Positions 19,940 through 28,925 of a stretch of 36,134 nt of DNA are shown piece after piece. Below the pieces are notes generated by a model. That model had not been told where the DNA came from and did no database searches. It saw only the letters and a program-made list of their open reading frames with translations. The translations under genes were made by a program, and so were the position numbers. The stretch covers positions 1-36,134 of the IMG/VR virus record IMGVR_UViG_3300032257_000060, one strand, 5' to 3'. The stretch's first letter is position 1; every line of letters begins with the position of its first letter. The DNA is from a virus. Lineage: Duplodnaviria; Caudoviricetes.

Positions 19940-22047
19940 TGTCATGGTCAAAAATGTCCAGCGTTCCCAACCCACTATTCGACACCAATGGCGATCCTTT
20001 TTCTGGCGCGGTACTGAAGGCTTACTTGCCTGGCACAACTACCAGCACTAGTATTGCTATTGATTCAGACGGAACAAGCCCGCAAGCCTCTATAACAGCT
20101 AATGCCGATGGCATATGGGAAGTTTCTGGAAACGAAATCATTCCTCATATTGACAGGCTTCATAAGTGGGGTATTTTTGCTAATGCGACTGATGCCGCTG
20201 CTAACACGCCTTTTTACATGGGGCCGTTTGATAGTGTTTCTCAGACTGTTGATTCGTCTGGAAGCGTTTCTACGCAAGAGCTAACCACGGCAACAATGGC
20301 GAACAATACCGCAAAAACTTACGCTGACGGTGATGTTGTTCAAACAGCAGAGTTTTCAACGGGTAACGGCGGTGGTGGAACTTATGATGTTGTTTTGACT
20401 TCAGGCGTAACGCCTAACGCACAAGATATTATTGTTGGCGTTGCAGACGCAACTATTAGCTTTGTATTAAGGCGACCAGACGTTTTGACTCCGTTACATC
20501 TTGGCGCTATACCGTCTGTTGATTCTGCGGCAAATACTTCTGCACTAAGGAGGTGGGCTGAGCTTGGCGGAGAATTAAAAATATCAGATGGAGAGTTTTT
20601 ATTTGACAATACCACGCCATTAACGGAGTTTCCTGCTGATACGTTGATTGATATAAGGCAGGGCGCGACACTAAAAAGCACTATCGCCACAGCTACATTC
20701 ATTGAGCTGACCAGTAAAGACAACATTAAGTTTAAGGGTGGCGGAAAAATAAAAGGAACGCCTGGGATAGCTTCGGCTTACGATGGAATTACAGTAACGT
20801 CGTGTGATAATTTCAGAATGTATGGAATGAATGTAACGCAGTTCAATGGTATAGGCTTGAAGATGGAAAGCTGCACAAATGCTGTTGTTAGAAAAAACAG
20901 GTGTTTTAACAACTCTATATATGGCATTCAGGATAAGTTAGGCGTTAATAACTCTATCACTTATAACAAGCTTCATGATAACGGAACTACGGATGCAGGC
21001 TCTAATGCGCTTGGTCGTGGACTTGTTACATGGATGGTTACTAAAGGCAAGTATAATAATAACGATTGTTATAACAACACTGAATACGGGTTAAGGGTTT
21101 ACTCTGAAACTGGCGATGCTTCTGGTACAAGTGACAACGCTTATAAAGGAAATGTTTGTTATGGAAACGGCACAAGTGGCGACATTGAGTTTTATGTGTT
21201 CAACGAATCCGGTCTTATTAAAAATAATCTATTTAAAGATAACATAATAACCATTGACGGCGTTGTATCAACTATTGGGATGAGCGCACAAGGAACTGAA
21301 AATAATTACATTGATAATCAGATCATTAACTCGAGTAATGACCAAACTGGCACAGCTTATCAGTTGTTCGGAATCTATGACTCAACCATTAAAGGCGGTA
21401 CTGTTAAAGGTGTGTCGACCGTTTTAGGGTTCAGCGGCACAGCCACATATATTCCAGACGGATTGACTATTAAGGATATAACAGCGCTTGAGGTGGCTAG
21501 TTTTATTCCTTCAATAACCTATTTTGGGACTGGCGCCAAAGGACATATAATTGCAGGCAACAAAGCTACTCACGGAGGGCTTGGAACAGACAACGGAATA
21601 GTGTTGACGGCATGGGCTGAAGGTCAATTTGAGCTTAAAAATAACACAATGGACGGATTTAACAAGGGCTTTGAAATTTCAGATGTTGCTGTAAATGTTC
21701 AAGGCAACACTTCGCTAAATTCTACCACATGGGGTTGCGAGGTAATAACTGCCGTTAACGACCGCGTTGAAATGTGGGGCAACTCATTCGATAGTGGATT
21801 TCCCTCATCTATTGTAAATATGAGTACAGGAAGGGTTGAGGCGCAAGGATCAAGGGTGACGTCAAGCAATGCCTCGCCATCGTCTGATAGTAGGCTTTCA
21901 GCGTGGGAGTCTGGCGACTTTTGCCACAAAACAGGAGGCGTTACAGTTGACGCCAATGGGCGCATTCAGATCGGTTGGATTTGCACAGTATCTGGGACTG
22001 CTGGCACTTGGGAGCCTGTCTGGGCAAGTTCTGCAACATGGGTGTAG
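19939..22047 (+). CDS. Tailspike with an N-terminal particle-binding domain and a right-handed beta-helix (polysaccharide depolymerase-like)
   Basis: FDTNGDPFSGAVLKAYLPGTTT...NADG; GNGGGGTYDV; Asn-rich beta-helix repeats. Confidence 0.88.
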   Translation: MSWSKMSSVPNPLFDTNGDPFSGAVLKAYLPGTTTSTSIAIDSDGTSPQASITANADGIWEVSGNEIIPHIDRLHKWGIFANATDAAANTPFYMGPFDSVSQTVDSSGSVSTQELTTATMANNTAKTYADGDVVQTAEFSTGNGGGGTYDVVLTSGVTPNAQDIIVGVADATISFVLRRPDVLTPLHLGAIPSVDSAANTSALRRWAELGGELKISDGEFLFDNTTPLTEFPADTLIDIRQGATLKSTIATATFIELTSKDNIKFKGGGKIKGTPGIASAYDGITVTSCDNFRMYGMNVTQFNGIGLKMESCTNAVVRKNRCFNNSIYGIQDKLGVNNSITYNKLHDNGTTDAGSNALGRGLVTWMVTKGKYNNNDCYNNTEYGLRVYSETGDASGTSDNAYKGNVCYGNGTSGDIEFYVFNESGLIKNNLFKDNIITIDGVVSTIGMSAQGTENNYIDNQIINSSNDQTGTAYQLFGIYDSTIKGGTVKGVSTVLGFSGTATYIPDGLTIKDITALEVASFIPSITYFGTGAKGHIIAGNKATHGGLGTDNGIVLTAWAEGQFELKNNTMDGFNKGFEISDVAVNVQGNTSLNSTTWGCEVITAVNDRVEMWGNSFDSGFPSSIVNMSTGRVEAQGSRVTSSNASPSSDSRLSAWESGDFCHKTGGVTVDANGRIQIGWICTVSGTAGTWEPVWASSATWV

Positions 22048-22053
22048 TTAAAT

Positions 22054-22079
22054 AGCGCGACTATATGCCGCGCTGGTTT
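22054..22079. terminator. Hairpin after the tailspike, probable terminator
   Basis: AGCGCG...CGCGCT stem followed by GGTTT. Confidence 0.5.
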
Positions 22080-22317
22080 AATGTCAATATGAAGGGAGGT
22101 TGCTAAGGCACTCGAATCCTCTTTTACTTGCCTGTCGTTCCGCGCGCAACAACTGACAAAACTCTACCTAAACACTCTCTGCCGCACTGCATGCCTACAC
22201 CGCACCAACCCGCATTTAGGCTTAGACAACCTCACCACATATTAACACTAGTTGGCTTCTTCGGAAAATCCTTAAGAGCTTCAGCCATTGCCCCATTAAC
22301 CCTCTAATATATTCGGC

Positions 22318-22346
22318 ACACCCCACTAGATAGGGTGTTTTTGTTT
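22318..22346 (+). terminator. Rho-independent terminator in the convergent intergenic region
   Basis: ACACCC...GGGTGT followed by TTTTGTTT. Confidence 0.6.
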
Positions 22347-22412
22347 AGGCGCTATTATAATTGAATCAATAACACCCAATATGCCTTATTCAGAACTTAA
22401 TCAGGTTAATTA

Positions 22413-22823
22413 TCAAAACGGCGACAGCTCATCGTCAAACGGACTGTTATTCGCCACAGGTTGCGCCTGAGCGCTCGCTGGTTGCGTGTTTGGCCTAGAG
22501 TCTAGCATCTGCATATTGTTAGCTATAATCTCTGTAGAGTAACGATCTGAGCCGTCTTGAGCTTGCCACTTGCGCGTTTGCAATTTGCCCTGAATGTAAA
22601 TCTTAGAACCTTTCTTAACGTACTGAGCAATTATATCAGCCAGTTGTCTAAACGCGACTATTCTATGCCATTCGGTACGCTCTTGCTTTTGACCTTGTTT
22701 ATCCTTCCATGATTCGCTCGTTGCTACGCTGAAATTGACCACGGTATCGCCATTAGGCATAGCTTTAATTTCTGGGTCGTTTCCGACATTGCCTATAATT
22801 GTTACGCTGTTTACGCCTTTCAT
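22413..22823 (-). CDS. ssb: Single-stranded DNA-binding protein
   Basis: [25 protein letters not shown]...[23 protein letters not shown], acidic DDELSPF tail. Confidence 0.97.
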   Translation of the reverse strand: MKGVNSVTIIGNVGNDPEIKAMPNGDTVVNFSVATSESWKDKQGQKQERTEWHRIVAFRQLADIIAQYVKKGSKIYIQGKLQTRKWQAQDGSDRYSTEIIANNMQMLDSRPNTQPASAQAQPVANNSPFDDELSPF

Positions 22824-23068
22824 ACTGAAGCCCTCGATTGATTAGTTGACTTTAACAACTTATACACATTTCTTGTGCAAGCATGAAGCATTACAACTGG
22901 ATTCCAGTCGCCCTTTCTAATAATTCGCGTCTGAGCAAGCCCGTTATCATCTATAAATTTCTGCCTTACTAATAGTTGCGGTTCATGCGGTCTATAGGCG
23001 ACATTTGGCATTCCTACGGTTAATTGTTGCGCCTGCTTTCTGATTTGCTTAGCTTTTTTATTGTTCAT
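22820..23068 (-). CDS. Hypothetical protein
   Basis: Coupled within the leftward operon. Confidence 0.7.
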   Translation of the reverse strand: MNNKKAKQIRKQAQQLTVGMPNVAYRPHEPQLLVRQKFIDDNGLAQTRIIRKGDWNPVVMLHACTRNVYKLLKSTNQSRASV

Positions 23069-23670
23069 ATTAACCCCTTAATTTTGACTCGATTATCGAG
23101 CATTGTGTTTATAAATTTATCCATTAGCAAGTCTAGTCGATTGTGAAAGTCTTTATCCGCATCAACTTTAATGATTAACGGCGGCATATCAGGATGATAG
23201 CTCATAAAATCCCATTGCTCCAAGCCAGTGACCCACATTGAACCTTGCACTTGTGCGACATACTTTGACGGTATTTTGCCGGCCAACAAATATTCAACGT
23301 GCGTATGAGGCGCAGGGCATTTAATCTCAAGTCCCCTGTCACCAATTAAGCCATCAGGACTACATGACACTAGTTTATCATCGTCTTTATAGATTAGCCC
23401 AACCTCTGATACCTCGGAATCTGTCAGGAACTCATAAGCCTGTCTAGCCTCTGGCTCTAACTCAACGCCTCTGGACATCCACTCGTTTTGATCTACGCTG
23501 ATTTTATCCTTCATAAAGTATTCAGCTACTAGTTTATTGCAGTACGCCTTAGCTTGCGTACTAGGCTTGCCAGTGGACGTTATGATTTTATCGAAGCATG
23601 AGGCGGTTGGTATGCCGCAACGCGCCTTAAACCACGCCTCTGAGCATTGTTCAACGTCTACTATAATCAT
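23065..23670 (-). CDS. YqaJ/lambda-type exonuclease
   Basis: EQCSEAWFKARCGIPTAS, RGVELEPEAR, SCSPDGL, LEIKCP, YVAQVQGSMW. Confidence 0.95.
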   Translation of the reverse strand: MIIVDVEQCSEAWFKARCGIPTASCFDKIITSTGKPSTQAKAYCNKLVAEYFMKDKISVDQNEWMSRGVELEPEARQAYEFLTDSEVSEVGLIYKDDDKLVSCSPDGLIGDRGLEIKCPAPHTHVEYLLAGKIPSKYVAQVQGSMWVTGLEQWDFMSYHPDMPPLIIKVDADKDFHNRLDLLMDKFINTMLDNRVKIKGLI

Positions 23671-24365
23671 TTGGCTCTACTCTTAAGCATTCGCACTACT
23701 CGCTCATATTGAGACTCAAGGATTGTATCAACTGATTTCGCCTTAAAGAATCCAAGTAATTTATCTTCATTGGCTTTGGTTTCAACAATCAAATCTTTAA
23801 TCTCATTAGCCTGATCTGCATTGATGTAGCCGCAAGCCGTATCAATGCGCCCGTCAACGTCTTTATCGGCTGTCAAGATACCTAACGCGCCTATTAAGGT
23901 ATAACGCTGTAGGTAGCTCACTGTAGAACCTCTTGACTGAATGGCGTTTTTAGAACCTGATTCATCTGGCTGACCTTGCATTGACGTACTTTCGCTGTGT
24001 CCATCTACATGGGTAACGATACAAGTAACGCTAATCGTTTCGCCGTGAGATTGCTCAAATCGGTAGGATAATCCGCACTTCTTAAGTAATCCACCGATAG
24101 CTAGTTGAATATCAGCTAAAGGCGCGTATGAGAAATTATGCCCTTCTTTGTTCTTATAAATCACGCCCTGATTTGCTTGGAACTCAGACAAGGCAACAAA
24201 GAATGCTTTTTTCGCCTGCTTAACTTCCCACCTATCTTGTAAGTCCATTAGTCGCTCTAGTGACTCAACAGGCGAATTACTTTGTATTGCTATTTCAAGC
24301 AACTTAGGAACGTCAAGCGCATTGGCTTGAACTTGTCCCTCTTGTTTAACTACTAAATCATTCAT
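23667..24365 (-). CDS. erf: ERF-family single-strand annealing recombinase
   Basis: YAPLADI, GLSYRF, VTHVDGHSE, QSRGSTVSYLQRYTL...DKDVDG. Confidence 0.92.
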   Translation of the reverse strand: MNDLVVKQEGQVQANALDVPKLLEIAIQSNSPVESLERLMDLQDRWEVKQAKKAFFVALSEFQANQGVIYKNKEGHNFSYAPLADIQLAIGGLLKKCGLSYRFEQSHGETISVTCIVTHVDGHSESTSMQGQPDESGSKNAIQSRGSTVSYLQRYTLIGALGILTADKDVDGRIDTACGYINADQANEIKDLIVETKANEDKLLGFFKAKSVDTILESQYERVVRMLKSRAK

Positions 24366-24654
24366 TCAAGTACTCCTCATATCTTTTATTATAAATTTTA
24401 CCTAGCCCATTCTGTAGGATAGCTACAAATAAATCGGTTTCATCTGATTTAGGGAATACACTCTTTCTGCCAGATTCGATAAACGTACGCATTAACGAAC
24501 GGTGCGCGGCTTCAATATCAGCAGATATAATATCATCCATTATATCTTCAAGGTCTTGCTCTGATAGCCAGTCGCTGAACGATAATAGTTCGCGCTCATA
24601 ACCTACAAATTCTTTTTCTGGGTTGCTTGGATAATCGTCTACATTCCATCCCAT
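24358..24654 (-). CDS. Hypothetical acidic protein, first gene of the leftward operon
   Basis: Strong GAGGAG SD; downstream of the leftward promoter. Confidence 0.75.
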   Translation of the reverse strand: MGWNVDDYPSNPEKEFVGYERELLSFSDWLSEQDLEDIMDDIISADIEAAHRSLMRTFIESGRKSVFPKSDETDLFVAILQNGLGKIYNKRYEEYLNE

Positions 24655-24688
24655 CTTTGTAACTCCTCATTAATTAATTACATGACCT

Positions 24689-24716
24689 AGTATAATGATT
24701 ATTTAACTAATTGCAA
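24689..24716 (-). promoter_or_regulatory. Leftward sigma70 promoter
   Basis: TTGCAA-16-TATACT on the minus strand. Confidence 0.75.
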
Positions 24717-24724
24717 GATTTTAT

Positions 24725-24752
24725 TTTACTTTAGCTAAATTTCGTGTATTAT
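24725..24752 (+). promoter_or_regulatory. Rightward sigma70 promoter
   Basis: TTTACT-16-TATTAT. Confidence 0.6.
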
Positions 24753-24783
24753 GAAATGACAATCACATTTGGAGAGATAAAAG

Positions 24784-24951
24784 ATGTCAATGGTAAAGAT
24801 AGATGAACATATCCACAAGAAACTGAAAGAAATCAGCAAAGCAAGAAAGAAAAATTATGTAATTGTACATAAGTACAAAGACATCCTGGCAGAGCTGGTA
24901 ACAACGGCTCACAAGAAAGAAGTTCCTGTTAAAAAAGGAGAGGGTAAATGA
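24784..24951 (+). CDS. Small ribbon-helix-helix-like DNA-binding protein (55 aa, missed by the ORF track)
   Basis: MSMVKIDEHIHKKLKEISKARK...KDILAELV; GGAG SD; stop overlaps the next ATG. Confidence 0.7.
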   Translation: MSMVKIDEHIHKKLKEISKARKKNYVIVHKYKDILAELVTTAHKKEVPVKKGEGK

Positions 24952-25163
24952 AACTGGATTACAAAATGGGGTTAGAAAAAGCACTTGAGCATTCAGGCAT
25001 ATCATCCAATGAAATGTGCAAGAAGCTCGGCATTACTACAAGCACATGGCTTAACTACACAAGAGGCACTTGCAGGTTAAATGTTCAGCAAGCTGTGAGA
25101 ATAGCCGAGATTGCAGGCACAGACATTCATCAGCTAATCGACTGGATGAGGGGTGAGCAATGA
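24948..25163 (+). CDS. XRE/Cro-like HTH regulator
   Basis: GISSNEMCKKLGITTSTWLNYTRG...QAVRIAEIAG. Confidence 0.85.
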   Translation: MKLDYKMGLEKALEHSGISSNEMCKKLGITTSTWLNYTRGTCRLNVQQAVRIAEIAGTDIHQLIDWMRGEQ

Positions 25164-25384
25164 AAATCTTTTCCACAAAACTTGTTGAGGAAAGCATTGT
25201 TAGCGCGGTTGAGTGCGACTGTTGCTTAAAGATTTATGATGATGAAATGGAGTTGCAAGAGTTTTTTGTCCATGAAGATATAGGCGGGTACAGCTCTGTT
25301 TTTGGAGACATGAGCGAGATAGAGCTTCACTTGTGCCAATATTGCGTGAAGGACTTGCTTGGACATATTGTGAGGGTGTCATGA
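25160..25384 (+). CDS. Hypothetical Zn-binding protein
   Basis: CDCC...GYSSVFGD...LCQYC. Confidence 0.75.
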   Translation: MKIFSTKLVEESIVSAVECDCCLKIYDDEMELQEFFVHEDIGGYSSVFGDMSEIELHLCQYCVKDLLGHIVRVS

Positions 25385-25575
25385 GCACAACAAGCAATAA
25401 CTTCATGAAATGGCCTGCGCCTAAAGCAATACATTATTGTCAGCCTAGCGAGACTTTATGCGCTTGCGGTAGATTTAAAATGGCTGTAATAGCTACTGAG
25501 AACAAAGGTCTCGTGGACTGCCTTCGGTGCAAAAAGACCGCTAAATTTAACAAGGAGTTAAGCAATGACTCATAA
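25381..25575 (+). CDS. Hypothetical Cys-rich protein
   Basis: H...LCACG...VDCLRC; GAGGG SD before ATG 25381. Confidence 0.65.
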   Translation: MSTTSNNFMKWPAPKAIHYCQPSETLCACGRFKMAVIATENKGLVDCLRCKKTAKFNKELSNDS

Positions 25576-25750
25576 ATACTGGATTAACGGCATAACAGGC
25601 GTAAAAATGACCGACAAGGAATACAGCGACATAGGCTTGGAAGCAATCAGAAAGATGCGCTCTAAGTTTGTATACAACGCCGCGTTTAATGTTGAGCAGC
25701 TAAACATCATTGAAAGCTACATTGATGAACAGGAGAGGATAAATGACTAA
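25565..25750 (+). CDS. Hypothetical protein
   Basis: AAGGAG SD; overlap-coupled. Confidence 0.65.
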   Translation: MTHKYWINGITGVKMTDKEYSDIGLEAIRKMRSKFVYNAAFNVEQLNIIESYIDEQERIND

Positions 25751-25943
25751 GAAGCAAAAACTACTGCAAGCATTGAAATCAGGCAAAGCAATGTCTAAAA
25801 AAGAGCTGTATCACGCCACACGCTATTGGAACATAGGCGGAGGCATTAACAAACTACGCAACGAAGGCTATAACATCATAACTAAGATGGTCGAGCGCAA
25901 TGATGAGCGTTATGGGGTTTATAAGTTGGAGGTAAAACAATGA
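25743..25943 (+). CDS. Small winged-HTH protein
   Basis: KLLQALKSGKAMS...INKLRNEGYNIIT...YGVYKL. Confidence 0.75.
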   Translation: MTKKQKLLQALKSGKAMSKKELYHATRYWNIGGGINKLRNEGYNIITKMVERNDERYGVYKLEVKQ

Positions 25944-26314
25944 GAGAGTTTAAATTCAGAGCTTGGGATGAATCGAGGAGAAAAATGTGTAAGAGCATAG
26001 ATGTTGGCTGGATTGTTTGCTCTGGAAGGCTGTTTGCAGAAAACTATAACCAGAGTGGAGTTGTTCAAAAATTAACAATAATGCAGTCAACAGGACTCAA
26101 TGATAAGAATGGCGTGGAGATATTTGAGTTAGATGTTGTAAAGAATATTCACGGAGACACTCAGTTGATAAAATGGCTGGATAAAGAAGCTTGCTTTTGC
26201 GCCGAGGACATTCCAATTATTGACGACGACGATCGTTTATTCAATATTGAATCAACTGATGAGGTAATCGGAAACGTATTCACCAACCCAGAACTCCTGG
26301 AGCTTGATAACTAA
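25940..26314 (+). CDS. YopX-family protein
   Basis: MREFKFRAWD, MQSTGLNDKNGVEIFELDVV, EVIGNVFTNPELL. Confidence 0.93.
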   Translation: MREFKFRAWDESRRKMCKSIDVGWIVCSGRLFAENYNQSGVVQKLTIMQSTGLNDKNGVEIFELDVVKNIHGDTQLIKWLDKEACFCAEDIPIIDDDDRLFNIESTDEVIGNVFTNPELLELDN

Positions 26315-26332
26315 TGCAACTTTATGTAGTAT
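26304..26332 (+). promoter_or_regulatory. Putative sigma70 promoter heading the long non-coding region
   Basis: TTGATA-17-TAGTAT. Confidence 0.55.
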
Positions 26333-26337
26333 ATAAG

Positions 26338-26810
26338 GAAAGGGGCTAGCGAAAGCCAACCCCTTTAGAATACTTGAACTTTGACCGAGAAAAGTATTCG
26401 TAGAAATGTAATGTTATAACATAACGCTTCTATTTTCAACACTTCTTAAATTTTCGGTAACAGTATTTAAAGTAAAAAGCTTAAGACGGCTAGAAAACGT
26501 ACAAATGTTGATAAGAGTGTTTTTGCCAAGTTAGACTCTTAAAACTCAAACTAAACGGTTAAGTGTTTTTAATGGGCGGCATTAGTCAAAGAGTATTCAT
26601 GGATTCGTGCAATCTGCTAGAGCTTGAGATTAGTGTCACCCCATAAAAACATTTAATTAAAGTGACCAGACACTTAAAAGGCTCTATCAGAGAAGGCACT
26701 CTATAAAATGCTAGTACGATACTTAACTTTAAATAATGGTAATGCTTAGATTCAATATGCAGTATATGAGTTATCAACTTATGTCTAAATGACAACTATG
26801 ACTTAAAGAA
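26338..26810 (+). ncRNA. Candidate structured non-coding RNA or replication-origin region
   Basis: No credible ORF; several stems including a ~27-bp G-U-rich stem (26559-26587 with 26628-26656). Confidence 0.5.
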
Positions 26811-26819
26811 AGGCATAAC

Positions 26820-27314
26820 ATGGAATACATGACAATTATTAAATTTGACAAGATAGACGAATCAGTGAATAGTCTTATCAAGGATGGCTGGACACCTTTG
26901 GGCGGGGTAACAATGACAACGGTTAGCGATAAGGTCTGTATGGCTCAAGCTTTAACGAGAAAGCCAAAGGCTAAGAAGCGTACCGAGAGATTCAAAAAAC
27001 CAACCAGAGAGGCTGTGAGCGCGTTTGAGAAGGAAAACAACCTTAATTTAGAGGGCATGTATGATTTCTATGAGTCAAATGGGTGGAAAGTTGGTAAGAA
27101 CTCAATGAAAGACTGGAAAGCATCAGCAAGAAATTGGAGCAAGCGCTCAATCGGAACTGAACCAGTTAAACCATCAGTTTCACATATTGACGCTAACGAG
27201 CTTAAAAAGGCTCAAGACAACCAAGAGCTGATGAACGCTAAAAAGAACGGCTTTGAAACAGTTGACGAATATAACGCGCATCTGTTCCAGCAGCAGATTA
27301 ATAAATACAAGTAA
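26820..27314 (+). CDS. DUF1737-like N-terminus fused to a phage replication-protein C-terminal-like domain
   Basis: VNSLIKDGWTPLGGV...MAQAL; FKKPT...YDFYESNGWKVGKNSMKDWKASARNW. Confidence 0.7.
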   Translation: MEYMTIIKFDKIDESVNSLIKDGWTPLGGVTMTTVSDKVCMAQALTRKPKAKKRTERFKKPTREAVSAFEKENNLNLEGMYDFYESNGWKVGKNSMKDWKASARNWSKRSIGTEPVKPSVSHIDANELKKAQDNQELMNAKKNGFETVDEYNAHLFQQQINKYK

Positions 27315-27325
27315 AGGAGAATAGA

Positions 27326-27409
27326 ATGATGTGTAGTATTGGCGGTGTGGTTTTATGGTTTGTTATTGGCTTTTGTATAGCTATATGGGCTACAACAAAG
27401 GACAAATAA
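27326..27409 (+). CDS. 27-aa single-TM peptide
   Basis: MMCSIGGVVLWFVIGFCIAIWATTKDK; AAGGAG SD. Confidence 0.6.
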   Translation: MMCSIGGVVLWFVIGFCIAIWATTKDK

Positions 27410-27466
27410 AATGAAAACACCTATATGGTACTAAGCGAACTTTAAATACAAATAAGGAGAGTAACA

Positions 27467-28021
27467 ATGAAACCAAATAATAAAGGTGTGATAAACCAAG
27501 AAAATCTGATGTCTTTGCTGCACTATAATAAGGTCACCGGAGTGTTTACATGGAGAAAACGTGACGCATCCTTGTTTGCATCAGCACAAGCAGAGAGGAT
27601 GTGGAATAAACGCTACGCAGGGAAGGAGGCAGGAACAGTCCGTCAAGAACCTGGCGGCTATAGGGTTATTCTTATAAATGGAAGAAAATACATGGCTCAT
27701 CGTTTGGCGTGGATGTATGAGTATGGCAAGATTCCAGAAGGGTGTATAGATCACATCAATTGCAATAAATTGGATAATAATATATCAAATCTTCGTGAGT
27801 GTACTATGTCAGAAAACCTAATGAACTCCAAATTAATGCGCGGAACTATGTCTGGGATAAAAGGGGTGCATTTACACAAGCCATCCGGAAGATGGCAGGC
27901 GAGACTTAGGTATGACGGAAAGAATAGGCATGTTGGTAGTTATGGCACAAAAGAGGAGGCGAAAAATGCAATTATTGCCAAGAGAAATGAGGTTCACGGG
28001 GAGTTCGCCAGACATGAGTAA
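27467..28021 (+). CDS. HNH homing endonuclease with an AP2-like domain
   Basis: AHRLAW...IDHINCNKLDNNISNLRE; SGIKGVHL...RWQARL...HGEFAR. Confidence 0.92.
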   Translation: MKPNNKGVINQENLMSLLHYNKVTGVFTWRKRDASLFASAQAERMWNKRYAGKEAGTVRQEPGGYRVILINGRKYMAHRLAWMYEYGKIPEGCIDHINCNKLDNNISNLRECTMSENLMNSKLMRGTMSGIKGVHLHKPSGRWQARLRYDGKNRHVGSYGTKEEAKNAIIAKRNEVHGEFARHE

Positions 28022-28256
28022 AGATATTAACGAAATGACAGAAGCAGAGAAGAATCTTGAGATAGCTAGGTTGGCTTATCCTCAGCATAAAGTATACATT
28101 GTTAAGACGACTGGTGAGGTCAGAGTAGAGGAAGTGTGTCATCAAGGCTTTACTAGGGATATGCGTGTTGACTACTACAAAAACTTGCATGATCTAGCAG
28201 ACTGCCTGTTATTGCTATTGCGCGAGAAAGCAAGGGAGAGTAACGATGAGCGATAA
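28014..28256 (+). CDS. Hypothetical protein
   Basis: Start moved to ATG 28014 (GGGGAG SD) overlapping the end of the HNH gene. Confidence 0.6.
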   Translation: MSKDINEMTEAEKNLEIARLAYPQHKVYIVKTTGEVRVEEVCHQGFTRDMRVDYYKNLHDLADCLLLLLREKARESNDER

Positions 28257-28584
28257 ACCACAACAGGCAACACCCCATAAAAGCTTAATTGATCAAGTTA
28301 TGGATAGTCGTGTGGCTAAAAACGAACGTGAATGGGCTTGTGCTATAGAAATAGAAAAGTTACAAGCCAGAGTGCAAGAGTTAGAAGAAAAAATGAACAT
28401 CACCAATAAGCACGATTTAATTTGGTTAGAGCGACGGGAAGTTAAACGAATCAAAGCTGAAGGGATTGAGGAAATGCTAGAAGATTTGGCAAAAACTCAA
28501 GATGGCAGATATATGATGCTCATCCCTTTAAATCGGATTATTGATTGGAAAAACAAGTTGGAGGTCAACAATGACAACAGCTAA
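28246..28584 (+). CDS. Hypothetical coiled-coil protein
   Basis: KNEREW.CAIEIEKLQARVQELEE; SD present. Confidence 0.7.
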   Translation: MSDKPQQATPHKSLIDQVMDSRVAKNEREWACAIEIEKLQARVQELEEKMNITNKHDLIWLERREVKRIKAEGIEEMLEDLAKTQDGRYMMLIPLNRIIDWKNKLEVNNDNS

Positions 28585-28897
28585 CGCAACAACAGACAGC
28601 ACAGGCAATATGCTTTACTCAGTCAACACAAGTGGCAAGTTTAGAGCGAGGCAATTAACATCTAAAACTATTGGCGTATGGGATTATGTGTTACCCGGTA
28701 AATCAAAAACCGTTCAATTAGTCACATTACTAGGTGATTCAGCCTATGACCTGCTGGCTAGACACATTCACGAAAGCGAGAAAATACCACTAGGCGCAAC
28801 GGTTAATATTAATCGCTCAAGCCGAGTCGTTGAAATCAAGGTTAAGCAAAACAAGCGAGACTATCGATTATTCTCAGGCGCGATATATAGGAAGTGA
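28571..28897 (+). CDS. Hypothetical protein
   Basis: GGAGGT SD before ATG 28571. Confidence 0.65.
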   Translation: MTTANATTDSTGNMLYSVNTSGKFRARQLTSKTIGVWDYVLPGKSKTVQLVTLLGDSAYDLLARHIHESEKIPLGATVNINRSSRVVEIKVKQNKRDYRLFSGAIYRK

Positions 28898-28925
28898 TAT
28901 GAGCAAAATAGCGGGAGGTAAAATA

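Noticed and set aside
19939-22047. Diversity-generating retroelement or invertible tail cassette
   Set aside because: No reverse transcriptase, invertase or template/variable repeat pair was seen
22093-22125. tRNA fragment or attP (CTCGAATCC resembles a T-loop)
   Set aside because: No cloverleaf can be formed and no integrase is present
26586-26795. 69-aa minus-strand ORF in the non-coding region
   Set aside because: Opposite to the operon direction, no SD, and not protein-like; RNA structure explains the region better
27912-28013. N-terminal extension of the 28014 gene overlapping the HNH
   Set aside because: The better SD is at ATG 28014; the extension is likely incidental
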